Below are positions 49,325 to 57,219 of a stretch of 64,000 nucleotides of DNA, one piece after another (position 1 is the stretch's first letter; the number at the start of each line of letters is the position of its first letter). The stretch lies in NCBI GenBank assembly GCA_037133475.1, contig JBAXOB010000022.1, positions 571 to 64,570 of the forward strand. Reading direction: 5' to 3'. The DNA comes from Bacteroidota bacterium. GTDB lineage: Bacteria > Bacteroidota > Bacteroidia > Bacteroidales > FEN-979. A program made the translations under genes and the position numbers. Below the pieces are notes generated by a model. It ran no database searches, was not told the origin of the DNA, and saw nothing but the letters and a program-made list of their open reading frames with translations.

Positions 49325-50311
49325 TTAAAGGGCAAGAATCCTTGACATCTCCAGCATTTCCATGTTGATGTCCTTGTGAAACTTGATAGCCTTGTCAAAA
49401 GGAGTAAAGGTCACCTCGTTTTTCACGATGCCGGCCATCTCACCCCGGTGGCCATCGAGCAGCCCCTTCACGGCCAGGTATCCCAGCGAACTGGCCAGAA
49501 CCCTGTCAAAGGCGCTGGGAGAGCCACCACGCTGGATATGGCCCAGGATCGTAACCCGGGCATCCATCTCGGGCAGCTTCTCCTTTACTTTGGCCGCCAC
49601 CTCGTAGGCGCCGCCCATATCGTCGCCCTCGGCCACGATCACGATTCCCGAGGTCTTGCTCCTGCGCCAGTCGTGCTTGAGCAGGCGGGCGATGTTGTCG
49701 ATATAGGTAGTGGTTTCAGGGACCAGGATAAACTCTGCCCCGCAGGCGATCCCGCTGCGCAGGGCGATAAACCCTGCATCGCGTCCCATCACCTCGATAA
49801 AGAACAGCCGCTCGTGCGAGTTGGCCGTGTCGCGGATCTTGTCGGCCGCCTCCACCACGGTATTGATCGCGGTATCGTACCCGATGGTGGCATCGGTGCC
49901 GTAAAGGTCATTATCAATCGTTCCGGGCAAGCCGATGATCGGGAAGTTGAACTCCTTGTCGAAAATGGAGGCCCCGGTAAAGGTTCCATTGCCGCCGATG
50001 GCCACCAATGCGTCGATCTTCTGCGCCCTGAGGTTGTTATAGGCTTGCAACCGCCCTGTATATTCCATGAAACGCGCGCTCCTTGCGGTTTTCAGTATCG
50101 TTCCCCCACGCTGGATGATATTGGAGACCGAACTGCTGTTCATCTGCTCTATCTGGTTATCGATCATGCCGTCGTAACCGCGCGAGATACCGTAAACATC
50201 AAGTCCGCAGAAAATTGCCGTGCGCACCACCGCCCTGATGGCGGCATTCATCCCGGGAGAGTCGCCCCCCGAGGTCATCACACCAATACTCGTTATATGA
50301 GCCATTTCCAA
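49325..50311 (-). CDS. pfkA: ATP-dependent 6-phosphofructokinase
   Basis: IGVMTSGGDSPGMNAAIRAVV, GLPGTIDND and MGRDAGFIAL are present, at 328 aa. Confidence 0.94.
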   Translation of the reverse strand: MEMAHITSIGVMTSGGDSPGMNAAIRAVVRTAIFCGLDVYGISRGYDGMIDNQIEQMNSSSVSNIIQRGGTILKTARSARFMEYTGRLQAYNNLRAQKIDALVAIGGNGTFTGASIFDKEFNFPIIGLPGTIDNDLYGTDATIGYDTAINTVVEAADKIRDTANSHERLFFIEVMGRDAGFIALRSGIACGAEFILVPETTTYIDNIARLLKHDWRRSKTSGIVIVAEGDDMGGAYEVAAKVKEKLPEMDARVTILGHIQRGGSPSAFDRVLASSLGYLAVKGLLDGHRGEMAGIVKNEVTFTPFDKAIKFHKDINMEMLEMSRILAL

Positions 50312-50383
50312 TTCATTTTAAGTATGTTATCAGATTCTTCCCTTTCCCGTCCGGGCTGAAACCGGCAGGAACCTCATTTTTTG

Positions 50384-50391
50384 CAAAGGTA
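50384..50391 (-). promoter_or_regulatory. Candidate -7 promoter box (TACCTTTG on the minus strand) for pfkA-priA
   Basis: It matches TAnnTTTG and lies about 70 nt upstream of the pfkA ATG, immediately downstream of the methyltransferase stop. Confidence 0.35.
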
Positions 50392-50398
50392 CAAAAGC

Positions 50399-51574
50399 CT
50401 ACGAAAACCCCTTTTTCCCCGAAAACATTTCAAATTTGATGAACCTGCATTCGAGCGGGCCGTTGAAAACCGGGATGCGCCGCGAGGGTCGCAGGCCGAT
50501 GAATTTGATCGATTCCAGGTCGGAGGAGATAAACCAGGCGGTATAGCCGGCATATTTCCGCTTGAGGGTATCCCCGATCATCTTGTAAAACACCAGTGAA
50601 TCCTCAATCTTCAACCGCTCATCATAGGGAGGGTTGGAGAGGATGAACCCCTTTTCAAAGGGAGGCGTGGAATCTTCAAAGGAGGCTGTTTTCAGGGTGA
50701 TATCATCGTAAAGGCCCGTAAACTGCAGGTTTTCCCTAGCCGATTCAATGGCGCGTTCAGCCCTGTCAGACCCGTGAAGATTAAGTTTCACCTCCGAGAC
50801 CAGCGCCTTGCACTCCTCCTTTACCTTTTCCCACAAGGCAGCATCAAAATCACGCCATTTCATAAATCCCCACTCTTCGCGGAAGAGGCCGGCCGGCATG
50901 TTCTTGGCCAGCATGGCCGCCTCGATCAGGAGGGTTCCCGAGCCGCACATCGGGTCGAACAGGGGGGTGGCAGGATCCCATTCCGAAAGCTGGACCAGTC
51001 CTGCCGCCAGCACTTCGTTGATCGGCGCCGGGCCCGTGCTCTTCCGGTAGCCGCGGCGGTGCAGCGACTGTCCCGACGAATCGAGCGCAACGGTGCACGA
51101 GTCCTTGAAAAGATGAACATTGACCTTCAGGTCGGGATTTTCGAGGTCAACCGACGGGCGGGTGCCCAGCTTGTCGCGCATGCGGTCGACAATGGCATCT
51201 TTCGACCGCTGTGCCACAAACTGCGAATTGGTGAAAACCGTGTAGGAGATCACGGCATCGATCGCGATCGAATTTTCAGGTGCGATGTAATCCTCCCAGG
51301 CAAAGGCGTAGATCTGTTCGTAAAGATCCTTCTGTTCGAGGATCTCAAAGTGGAACAGGGGTTTCAGCACCCGAAGGGCGGTGCGGCATGCATAATTCAC
51401 CCGGTACATCAGCTCGGTGCCGGCGGTGAAGGAGACGGCACGGTTCAGTTTCATTACATCCTGCGCCCCGAGGGTCTCAAGTTCGGCGGCCAGCACATCC
51501 TCCAGCCCTGATACGGTTTTGGCTATTAACGGGAAGGTTTTTTCTATTTCCAATGGATTCAATTTAAGGTTCAT
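50399..51574 (-). CDS. THUMP-domain class I SAM-dependent RNA methyltransferase (RlmL N-half / YpsC-like)
   Basis: THUMP-like N-terminal half. SAM-binding motif DPMCGSGTLLIEAA. NPPY motif in ILSNPPYDERL. Confidence 0.8.
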   Translation of the reverse strand: MNLKLNPLEIEKTFPLIAKTVSGLEDVLAAELETLGAQDVMKLNRAVSFTAGTELMYRVNYACRTALRVLKPLFHFEILEQKDLYEQIYAFAWEDYIAPENSIAIDAVISYTVFTNSQFVAQRSKDAIVDRMRDKLGTRPSVDLENPDLKVNVHLFKDSCTVALDSSGQSLHRRGYRKSTGPAPINEVLAAGLVQLSEWDPATPLFDPMCGSGTLLIEAAMLAKNMPAGLFREEWGFMKWRDFDAALWEKVKEECKALVSEVKLNLHGSDRAERAIESARENLQFTGLYDDITLKTASFEDSTPPFEKGFILSNPPYDERLKIEDSLVFYKMIGDTLKRKYAGYTAWFISSDLESIKFIGLRPSRRIPVFNGPLECRFIKFEMFSGKKGFS

Positions 51575-51698
51575 TTTTATTTTGGTTCGAAAACCAATTT
51601 TGGGACTAAAGTCCCCTGTTTGTCATTCCATTCTCAGATCCACGGCCTGAAGGCCGTGGCAATTCATTCAGGGCTGGTAAGCCGTTCCCATGATCAAA

Positions 51699-51800
51699 AT
51701 ATTTAAATTAACCACAATGGTCACAATGTTTTACACAATGATCACAAAGAATTCATTGTGTGCATTGTGCATTCTTTGTGTCATGGTGGTTAATATTTAA
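51699..51800. repeat. Imperfect ~100 bp palindrome built from 9-bp CACAATG-type units, centred on GAATTC
   Basis: The left arm is TTAACCACAATGGTCACAATGTTTTACACAATGATCACAAAG and the right arm is CATTGTGTGCATTGTGCATTCTTTGTGTCATGGTGGTTAA. The outer 8 bp TTAACCAC / GTGGTTAA pair perfectly. ATATTTAA flanks both sides and a T7 run follows. Confidence 0.85.
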
Positions 51801-52063
51801 TTCTTTTTTTGACCGATCACATCCGTGATAATCATACCCTGGTTTTTTCCTGTAGCAAATTATCTATTTTCCGTGATTAATCTCCGGTCAGACCTGGTTG
51901 CCGCTTTTTCAATTGCCCCGGGTTTCAGACCGGGGTGACCGGATTGGACTTACCCCGGGGCCTTAGCCCAACATAATGCCATGACCCTGACGAAGATATT
52001 TATTTCGGCTCCGGCCATCGAACGGCCCCAATTTTCCCGAAAGTTACGATTATTTTAAATTCT

Positions 52064-52071
52064 TATCTTTG
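52064..52071 (+). promoter_or_regulatory. Candidate -7 promoter box (TATCTTTG) for the DUF5686 gene
   Basis: It matches TAnnTTTG and ends 16 nt upstream of the ATG at 52088. Confidence 0.3.
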
Positions 52072-52087
52072 AAAAAAAGATCGCTTC

Positions 52088-54604
52088 ATGAAACACCCTC
52101 TTTTACTGTCGCTTCTGCTATTCCTGATAACGCTCACCTCAGCCTTCTCCCAGGAGCAATATACGGTTTCGGGCAGGGTCATTGATCTGAAAACCCGCGA
52201 ATCGCTTGCCTTTGTCAATATCATCATCAACAACAGCAATACCGGGGGAACCACCGATATCGACGGGAAGTTCCGCCTCCGGTCGGCTGTCCCGGTAAAA
52301 ACCATCCTGTTATCCTACGTGGGATACGAGCCAAAAAAGGTAGCCATTGGCAGCCGTACGAAAGACCTCCTGGTTGAGATGGTCCGCAAAGAGATCGACC
52401 TGCAGGAGGTCGAGATCCTTCCCGGCATTAACCCTGCCCACCGCATTATCCGCAATGTCATTGACCACCGCGACATCAACGACCCTGAAAAGGTGAAGAG
52501 CTTTTCCTATACCGCCTACGATAAAACCGTGATGACCCTGAACCTCGACACGGCGCTGAAGGGCGACTTTTCGGCCCTTGTCGACACCACGCTGGTGCCG
52601 CATATGAAAGGGATGAACGACGACTTCACCCTCAAGCCCGATTCGGTAAAAAAGGACTCTTCCCGGAAAGATTCCGCCATCCGCGAGATCGAGAAACTGG
52701 TCAGCAGCCAGTACCTCTTCCTGATGGAAAATGTGACCAAACGGAAATTCATGGCCCCCGACAGGAACTATAACAAGGTGATCGCCACCAAGATGTCGGG
52801 GTTCAAAGACCCGATCATGGTTTTTCTTTCAACCCAGATCCAGTCGTTCTCCTTCTACAAACCCTTTATCTCGATCATGATGAAGGATTATATCAACCCC
52901 ATTGGCAGCGGCAGTTTCAGCAAATATTTCTTCAAACTTGAAGACACCATCTATTCCGGCCGGGACAGTGTTTTCATCATCTCCTTCCGGCCAAGGAAAG
53001 GAACCAACTTCGACGGGATGAAGGGGGTTGTCGCCATCAATTCCCACAACTGGGCCATCCAGAATGTGAATGCGGAACCTGTCAGGGGTTTCGGCGGGAT
53101 GAAGATCAGGATCCACCAGATGTATGAACTCATCGACGGCAGCCAGTGGTTCCCGGTGCAGCTCAATACCGACATCGCCTTCAACAATGTCACGGCCGGG
53201 AAATACAAGGCCGTCGGCTCGGGCCGCAGCTATATCCGCGACATCGTGCTGAACCCCGACCTGGTAAGGCGTGAATTCAACCACCTGGATATTGAGGTTG
53301 ATAAGGATGCCACCACCCGCAGCGAACCCTTCTGGAACCAGTACCGGGTCGACAGCCTGAGCCGGAAGGACCGGCAGACCTACAAGGTGCTCGACAGCAT
53401 CGGCAAGGCGCAGAATTTCGACAAGACGGCCCGCAACCTCCAGACCATCCTCACCGGAAGGATCCCGTGGGGGGTGATCGACCTCGACATCAACCGCTTC
53501 CTCAATTACAACACCTACGAGGGACTTGTGGTTGGCGCCGGCATCCATTCGAACGACCGTCTTGCCGACTGGTTCAAGGTCGGCGGTTTTTACCAGTATG
53601 CCTTTGGCATCTCCACCTCGAAGTACGGCGGTGATGTCAGCCTGCTGGCAAGCCGGCGCCATGATGTCACCCTGTCGGCTGCCTGCAGCTACGACCTGGT
53701 CGAATCGGGCGGACTGCGTTTTCCCCAAGACAACGAGTCGATCCTGTCGGGAAACTTCAGGCAGCTGCTGTTGACAAAGCTCGACCGCGTTGAAAATTTC
53801 AACTTCTCCCTGGGATTCAGGGCCTTCAGATATATGCTGTTCAACGCAGGCATCAGCCGCGATTTCAAAACCTCCTCAACCTATGACCTGGCCACACCGG
53901 TAGGAGATGCCGTCATCCTGGAAGACCAGTTCCGCTTTACCACGGTCACAGCCGGGTTTAAGTGGGCCTATGGGGAAAAGTTCATCCAGACCATTAAAAA
54001 CAAGATCTCGATGGGCACGAAATACCCTGTGGTCTGGCTCCAGTACACCCGGGGGATTAAAAACCTTCTTGACGGGGAATATGATTATGACCGGTTCGAC
54101 CTGAAGATACGCAAGACATTCAACCTTAAATACATTGGAAAACTGACCATCCAGTTCAATGGCGGGTATGTTGACCAGCCCATTCCCGCATGCAACCTCT
54201 ACTATGCCCCCGCCAGCTACCGCGTGGTCACCATTTTCGCACCTAACAGTTTCGCCACCATGCGCAACAATGAATTTCTTTCGGACAAATACACCTCGCT
54301 TTACCTGTACCACGACTTCGGGCGCCTGCTTTTCAAGGGGGCGCGCGGGTTTCATCCCAAATTCGCCCTCTCGCAGAACATTGGATTCGGATGGCTCGGC
54401 CACAAGGAACGATACAGCCATAACATCCTCCAGCCGAAAGAGATGAACCTGGGCTACTACGAATCGGGGCTGCTCATCAACAACCTGCTGAACCTGAGCC
54501 TGTACAACCTTGGCATTGGCGCCTTTTACCGCTGGGGCCCCTACTCCATGCCCAATGCCTGGGACAACTTCGGCGCAAAAATCACGCTGATGTTCCCCTT
54601 CTAG
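52088..54604 (+). CDS. CarboxypepD_reg-like plus DUF5686 outer-membrane-associated protein
   Basis: It has a signal peptide. YTVSGRVIDLKTRESLAFVNIII..TGGTTDIDGKFRL is a carboxypeptidase-regulatory-like fold. The long beta-rich C-terminus ending ..ITLMFPF is typical of DUF5686 proteins. Confidence 0.7.
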   Translation: MKHPLLLSLLLFLITLTSAFSQEQYTVSGRVIDLKTRESLAFVNIIINNSNTGGTTDIDGKFRLRSAVPVKTILLSYVGYEPKKVAIGSRTKDLLVEMVRKEIDLQEVEILPGINPAHRIIRNVIDHRDINDPEKVKSFSYTAYDKTVMTLNLDTALKGDFSALVDTTLVPHMKGMNDDFTLKPDSVKKDSSRKDSAIREIEKLVSSQYLFLMENVTKRKFMAPDRNYNKVIATKMSGFKDPIMVFLSTQIQSFSFYKPFISIMMKDYINPIGSGSFSKYFFKLEDTIYSGRDSVFIISFRPRKGTNFDGMKGVVAINSHNWAIQNVNAEPVRGFGGMKIRIHQMYELIDGSQWFPVQLNTDIAFNNVTAGKYKAVGSGRSYIRDIVLNPDLVRREFNHLDIEVDKDATTRSEPFWNQYRVDSLSRKDRQTYKVLDSIGKAQNFDKTARNLQTILTGRIPWGVIDLDINRFLNYNTYEGLVVGAGIHSNDRLADWFKVGGFYQYAFGISTSKYGGDVSLLASRRHDVTLSAACSYDLVESGGLRFPQDNESILSGNFRQLLLTKLDRVENFNFSLGFRAFRYMLFNAGISRDFKTSSTYDLATPVGDAVILEDQFRFTTVTAGFKWAYGEKFIQTIKNKISMGTKYPVVWLQYTRGIKNLLDGEYDYDRFDLKIRKTFNLKYIGKLTIQFNGGYVDQPIPACNLYYAPASYRVVTIFAPNSFATMRNNEFLSDKYTSLYLYHDFGRLLFKGARGFHPKFALSQNIGFGWLGHKERYSHNILQPKEMNLGYYESGLLINNLLNLSLYNLGIGAFYRWGPYSMPNAWDNFGAKITLMFPF

Positions 54605-54722
54605 GGAGGGCCGATCCGGTTACAATCTCAGGATGATTACTGTTATTTCAGGTATTATGGTTCATGATTATTTAGACCGGATCGAAATTTCGTCCGCCCT
54701 AACGAACGTTAAATTATTTATT

Positions 54723-54730
54723 TACATTTG
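54723..54730 (+). promoter_or_regulatory. Candidate -7 promoter box (TACATTTG) for the FeS / NrfD / cytochrome c operon
   Basis: It matches TAnnTTTG and ends 28 nt upstream of the preferred ATG at 54759. Confidence 0.4.
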
Positions 54731-54758
54731 TGCATATAATTTCCACAAGAATCTGAAT

Positions 54759-55730
54759 ATGGAAGAAAACAATAATACCCACATACCCGACGATCCTGAA
54801 AAATCAAAAGGCTCTACCCGTCGCAACTTTCTGAAAAACCTCGGCCTTGCCGGTGTAGGTGTTGCAACAGGCGCGGCTGCGCTTTATTCGGGTCACATTT
54901 TCGAGGCCAAGAAGGAGGCTACAGGCGAGAGCAAGGTCCTGCTGACCCAGGATGGCAAGCTGGTTTCGGTCGACTCCCTGGAGATCAAATCACATGAAAA
55001 AACAGGGGAGGATCTCCGTGAATCGCAAAGCCGCGAAGGTATCCCGGGCCGCCGCTGGGTCATGGTGACCGACCTGTCGAAGTGCCGCAATGCCCGCAAA
55101 TGCATCAACGCCTGCCAGGATGCGCACCAGCTGCGCCCCGAGCAATATCATATGAATACGCTGCAGATGCAGGATACGCCCAACACGGCGCCCTACAACA
55201 TGCCGAAAAACTGCCAGCACTGCGACAACCCTCCGTGTGTGGCCGTCTGCCCGGTTGATGCCACCTACAAACGCCCCGACGGCATTGTGCTTATCGAAAA
55301 CGACCGGTGCATCGGCTGCCGCTTCTGCATGGCCGCCTGCCCCTATTCCGCCAGGATCTTCAACTGGCTCGAACCGAAGGATGCCGCCGCCCACCAGGGC
55401 CAGGAATATAACGCCGAACTGAATGTCCCGCAGAAACTGGGAACCATCTCAAAATGCCTCTTCAGCGCCGACCGCCTTCGTGAAGGCAAATTACCCTATT
55501 GCGTGGAAGCCTGCCCCAACGGCGTTTACTATTTCGGCGATGAAAATGAAGATGCGGTGACCAACGGCACGACCAAGGAGACCGTCAGGCTGAGCAAGCT
55601 GCTCCGCGACAACGGCGGTTACCAGCTGATGCCCGAGCTGGGCACCAAACCACGGGTTTATTATCTCCCGCCAAAGAACCGGCTATTCCCGTTTGAAGAA
55701 GCAAAAGATGCAACCCCTGAAAAAGTTTAA
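54759..55730 (+). CDS. Tat-exported 4Fe-4S ferredoxin-type subunit (NrfC/PsrB/ActB2-like)
   Basis: I prefer the start MEENNN at 54759. The twin-arginine signal is STRRNFLKNLGLAGVGV. The Cys groups are CRNARKCINAC, CQHCDNPPCVAVCP, CIGCRFCMAACP and C..(x15)..CVEACP. The stop overlaps the next start (TAATG). Confidence 0.85.
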   Translation: MEENNNTHIPDDPEKSKGSTRRNFLKNLGLAGVGVATGAAALYSGHIFEAKKEATGESKVLLTQDGKLVSVDSLEIKSHEKTGEDLRESQSREGIPGRRWVMVTDLSKCRNARKCINACQDAHQLRPEQYHMNTLQMQDTPNTAPYNMPKNCQHCDNPPCVAVCPVDATYKRPDGIVLIENDRCIGCRFCMAACPYSARIFNWLEPKDAAAHQGQEYNAELNVPQKLGTISKCLFSADRLREGKLPYCVEACPNGVYYFGDENEDAVTNGTTKETVRLSKLLRDNGGYQLMPELGTKPRVYYLPPKNRLFPFEEAKDATPEKV

Positions 55731-57058
55731 TGACCATGGATGACAACAACCTGACCTTTGACAAAATCACCAGCGATCTCACCCACCACATCAGGATCAA
55801 TAAGGGTTTCCTGATCTGGATGGGCCTCCTTACCGTCGCGCTGGTTGCCTGCCTGTATGCCTATTCCCTCCAGTTGCGCACCGGACTGGGTGTGGCCGGA
55901 ATCCGCGATTATGTGACGTGGGGGCTTTACCTGTCCAACTTCGTCTTTTTCGTGGCAGCCAGCCTGATCGGCATGCTGGTCAGCGCCGTCCTTGGACTGA
56001 TCGGCATGAAATGGATCACCCCGATTACCCGCATCGCCGAAACCATCGCCGTGGCCTTTGCCGCCGTGGCCGGGCTGGTGATCGTATCAGATATGGGACG
56101 CCCCGAACGGCTCGCCTATGTCTTCATCTATGGCCGCCCCCAGTCGCCCATCCTCTGGGATGTGACCGTGATCATCACCTACTTCGTGCTCAGCCTGCTG
56201 CTGCTGTACCTGCCGATGATCGCCGATATGGCGATTATCCACCGCAAGGTTGAAAAACTGCCGTCGTGGCTCAGGGTGATCTATAGAAGCCTGTCGCTGA
56301 ACTTCACCGACAACCCCGCCCAGAACAAGATCATCAGCCGGTCGATCCGCATCCTGCTCATCCTGCTGGTCCCTGCAGCCCTTTCGATCCACACCGTCAC
56401 CTCCTGGCTCTTTGCCGTCACCTCCCGCGCAGGCTGGAACAGTTCCATCTTCGGCCCTTACTTCGTCTCCGGCGCCTTCGTCGCAGGCGCTGCCGCCGTG
56501 ATCATCGCCATGTTCTTCTTCCGGAAAAACTATAAACTCGAAAATTACCTTACCGAACTTCATTTCGACAATATGGGAAAGGTACTGGCTACCGTTTCCA
56601 TGGTATATCTCTACTTTAACCTCAACGAGTTCCTGGTGCCGGGATATAAACTCCAGCGGGCCGATGCCATTCACCTGGCCGAACTCTTCACCGGCAAGGA
56701 TGCCCTTATGTTCTGGCTGGTCCAGGTTGGAGGACTCATCCTCCCGATCCTGCTCCTGCTCTTCCGTTACTTCCGCAAACCGTTGCCGATCCTGGTCATC
56801 TCCATCGTCGTGCTGGTCGCTGCCTGGTTCAAACGCTACCTGATCGTGATCCCGACACAGGAACATCCCTTCCTGCCCATCCAGCATGTACCGCATAACT
56901 TCATGGTCTATTCGCCAACGCTGATAGAATCGATGATCACCATCGCCCCCTTTATCCTGGTGCTGATGATCATCACCGTCATCTCCAAGTTCTTCCCCGT
57001 GATCCCGCTGCATGAAACGGCCGTGGAAAAGGGGGTGGAGCATGTTAAGTTTGAATGA
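55730..57058 (+). CDS. NrfD/PsrC-family polytopic quinone-interacting membrane subunit (ActC-like length)
   Basis: It is 442 aa with about 10 hydrophobic helices. Family-like segments are VTWGLYLSNFVFFVA, SDMGRPER and SPILWDV. Confidence 0.8.
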   Translation: MTMDDNNLTFDKITSDLTHHIRINKGFLIWMGLLTVALVACLYAYSLQLRTGLGVAGIRDYVTWGLYLSNFVFFVAASLIGMLVSAVLGLIGMKWITPITRIAETIAVAFAAVAGLVIVSDMGRPERLAYVFIYGRPQSPILWDVTVIITYFVLSLLLLYLPMIADMAIIHRKVEKLPSWLRVIYRSLSLNFTDNPAQNKIISRSIRILLILLVPAALSIHTVTSWLFAVTSRAGWNSSIFGPYFVSGAFVAGAAAVIIAMFFFRKNYKLENYLTELHFDNMGKVLATVSMVYLYFNLNEFLVPGYKLQRADAIHLAELFTGKDALMFWLVQVGGLILPILLLLFRYFRKPLPILVISIVVLVAAWFKRYLIVIPTQEHPFLPIQHVPHNFMVYSPTLIESMITIAPFILVLMIITVISKFFPVIPLHETAVEKGVEHVKFE

Positions 57059-57156
57059 AGGAATGCAGGAATGAAGGAATGCAGGAATGCAGGAATGCAG
57101 GAATGCTGGAATGCTGGAATGCAGGAATGCAGGAATGCTGGAATGCTGGAATGCAG
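57053..57156 (+). repeat. Tandem octanucleotide array, 13 units of GAATGMWG (GAATGCAG/GAATGAAG/GAATGCTG)
   Basis: Thirteen consecutive 8-mers were counted by hand over 57053-57156. The first unit contains the TGA stop of the NrfD-like gene. The array ends 64 nt before the ATG at 57220. Confidence 0.95.
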
Positions 57157-57219
57157 GAAATAAAAATAATGCAGAAAACAGACAGGAATTACTTAGTACA
57201 ACAATATAAGCTTAGTCCT

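Noticed and set aside
51584-51595. GGTTCGAAAACC, which resembles a tRNA T-arm (GGTTCGAA).
   Set aside because: No acceptor, D or anticodon arms can be built from the flanks. It sits 10 nt upstream of the methyltransferase start codon and is just a 4-bp hairpin.
51575-52087. An oriC hypothesis. The region is divergent intergenic with gene orientation switching, and has DnaA-box-like 9-mers (TTAACCACA, TTTTACACA, GGTGGTTAA).
   Set aside because: There is no perfect TTATCCACA box. Only two or three one-mismatch boxes are present, and these are part of the 9-mer palindrome. No dnaA/dnaN or other origin-linked genes are nearby, and gene orientation switches repeatedly elsewhere in the window. A whole-genome GC-skew analysis would be needed to settle this.
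41824-57156. Whether the tandem arrays at 41.8, 43.4-43.7 and 57.1 kb could be CRISPR arrays.
   Set aside because: The units are 7-9 bp and directly abutting, with no unique spacers, and no cas genes are present in the window. They are micro/minisatellites, not CRISPR.
57055-57219. An upstream start for the cytochrome c gene (ATGA overlap with the NrfD-like stop) that would add a 55-aa MKECRNEGMQECRNAG.. extension.
   Set aside because: The extension is just the 8-bp repeat translated, and the same DNA repeat occurs in plainly non-coding DNA after glyA. A normal signal peptide begins at the ATG at 57220. I kept it as a possibility in the findings but not as the annotated start.
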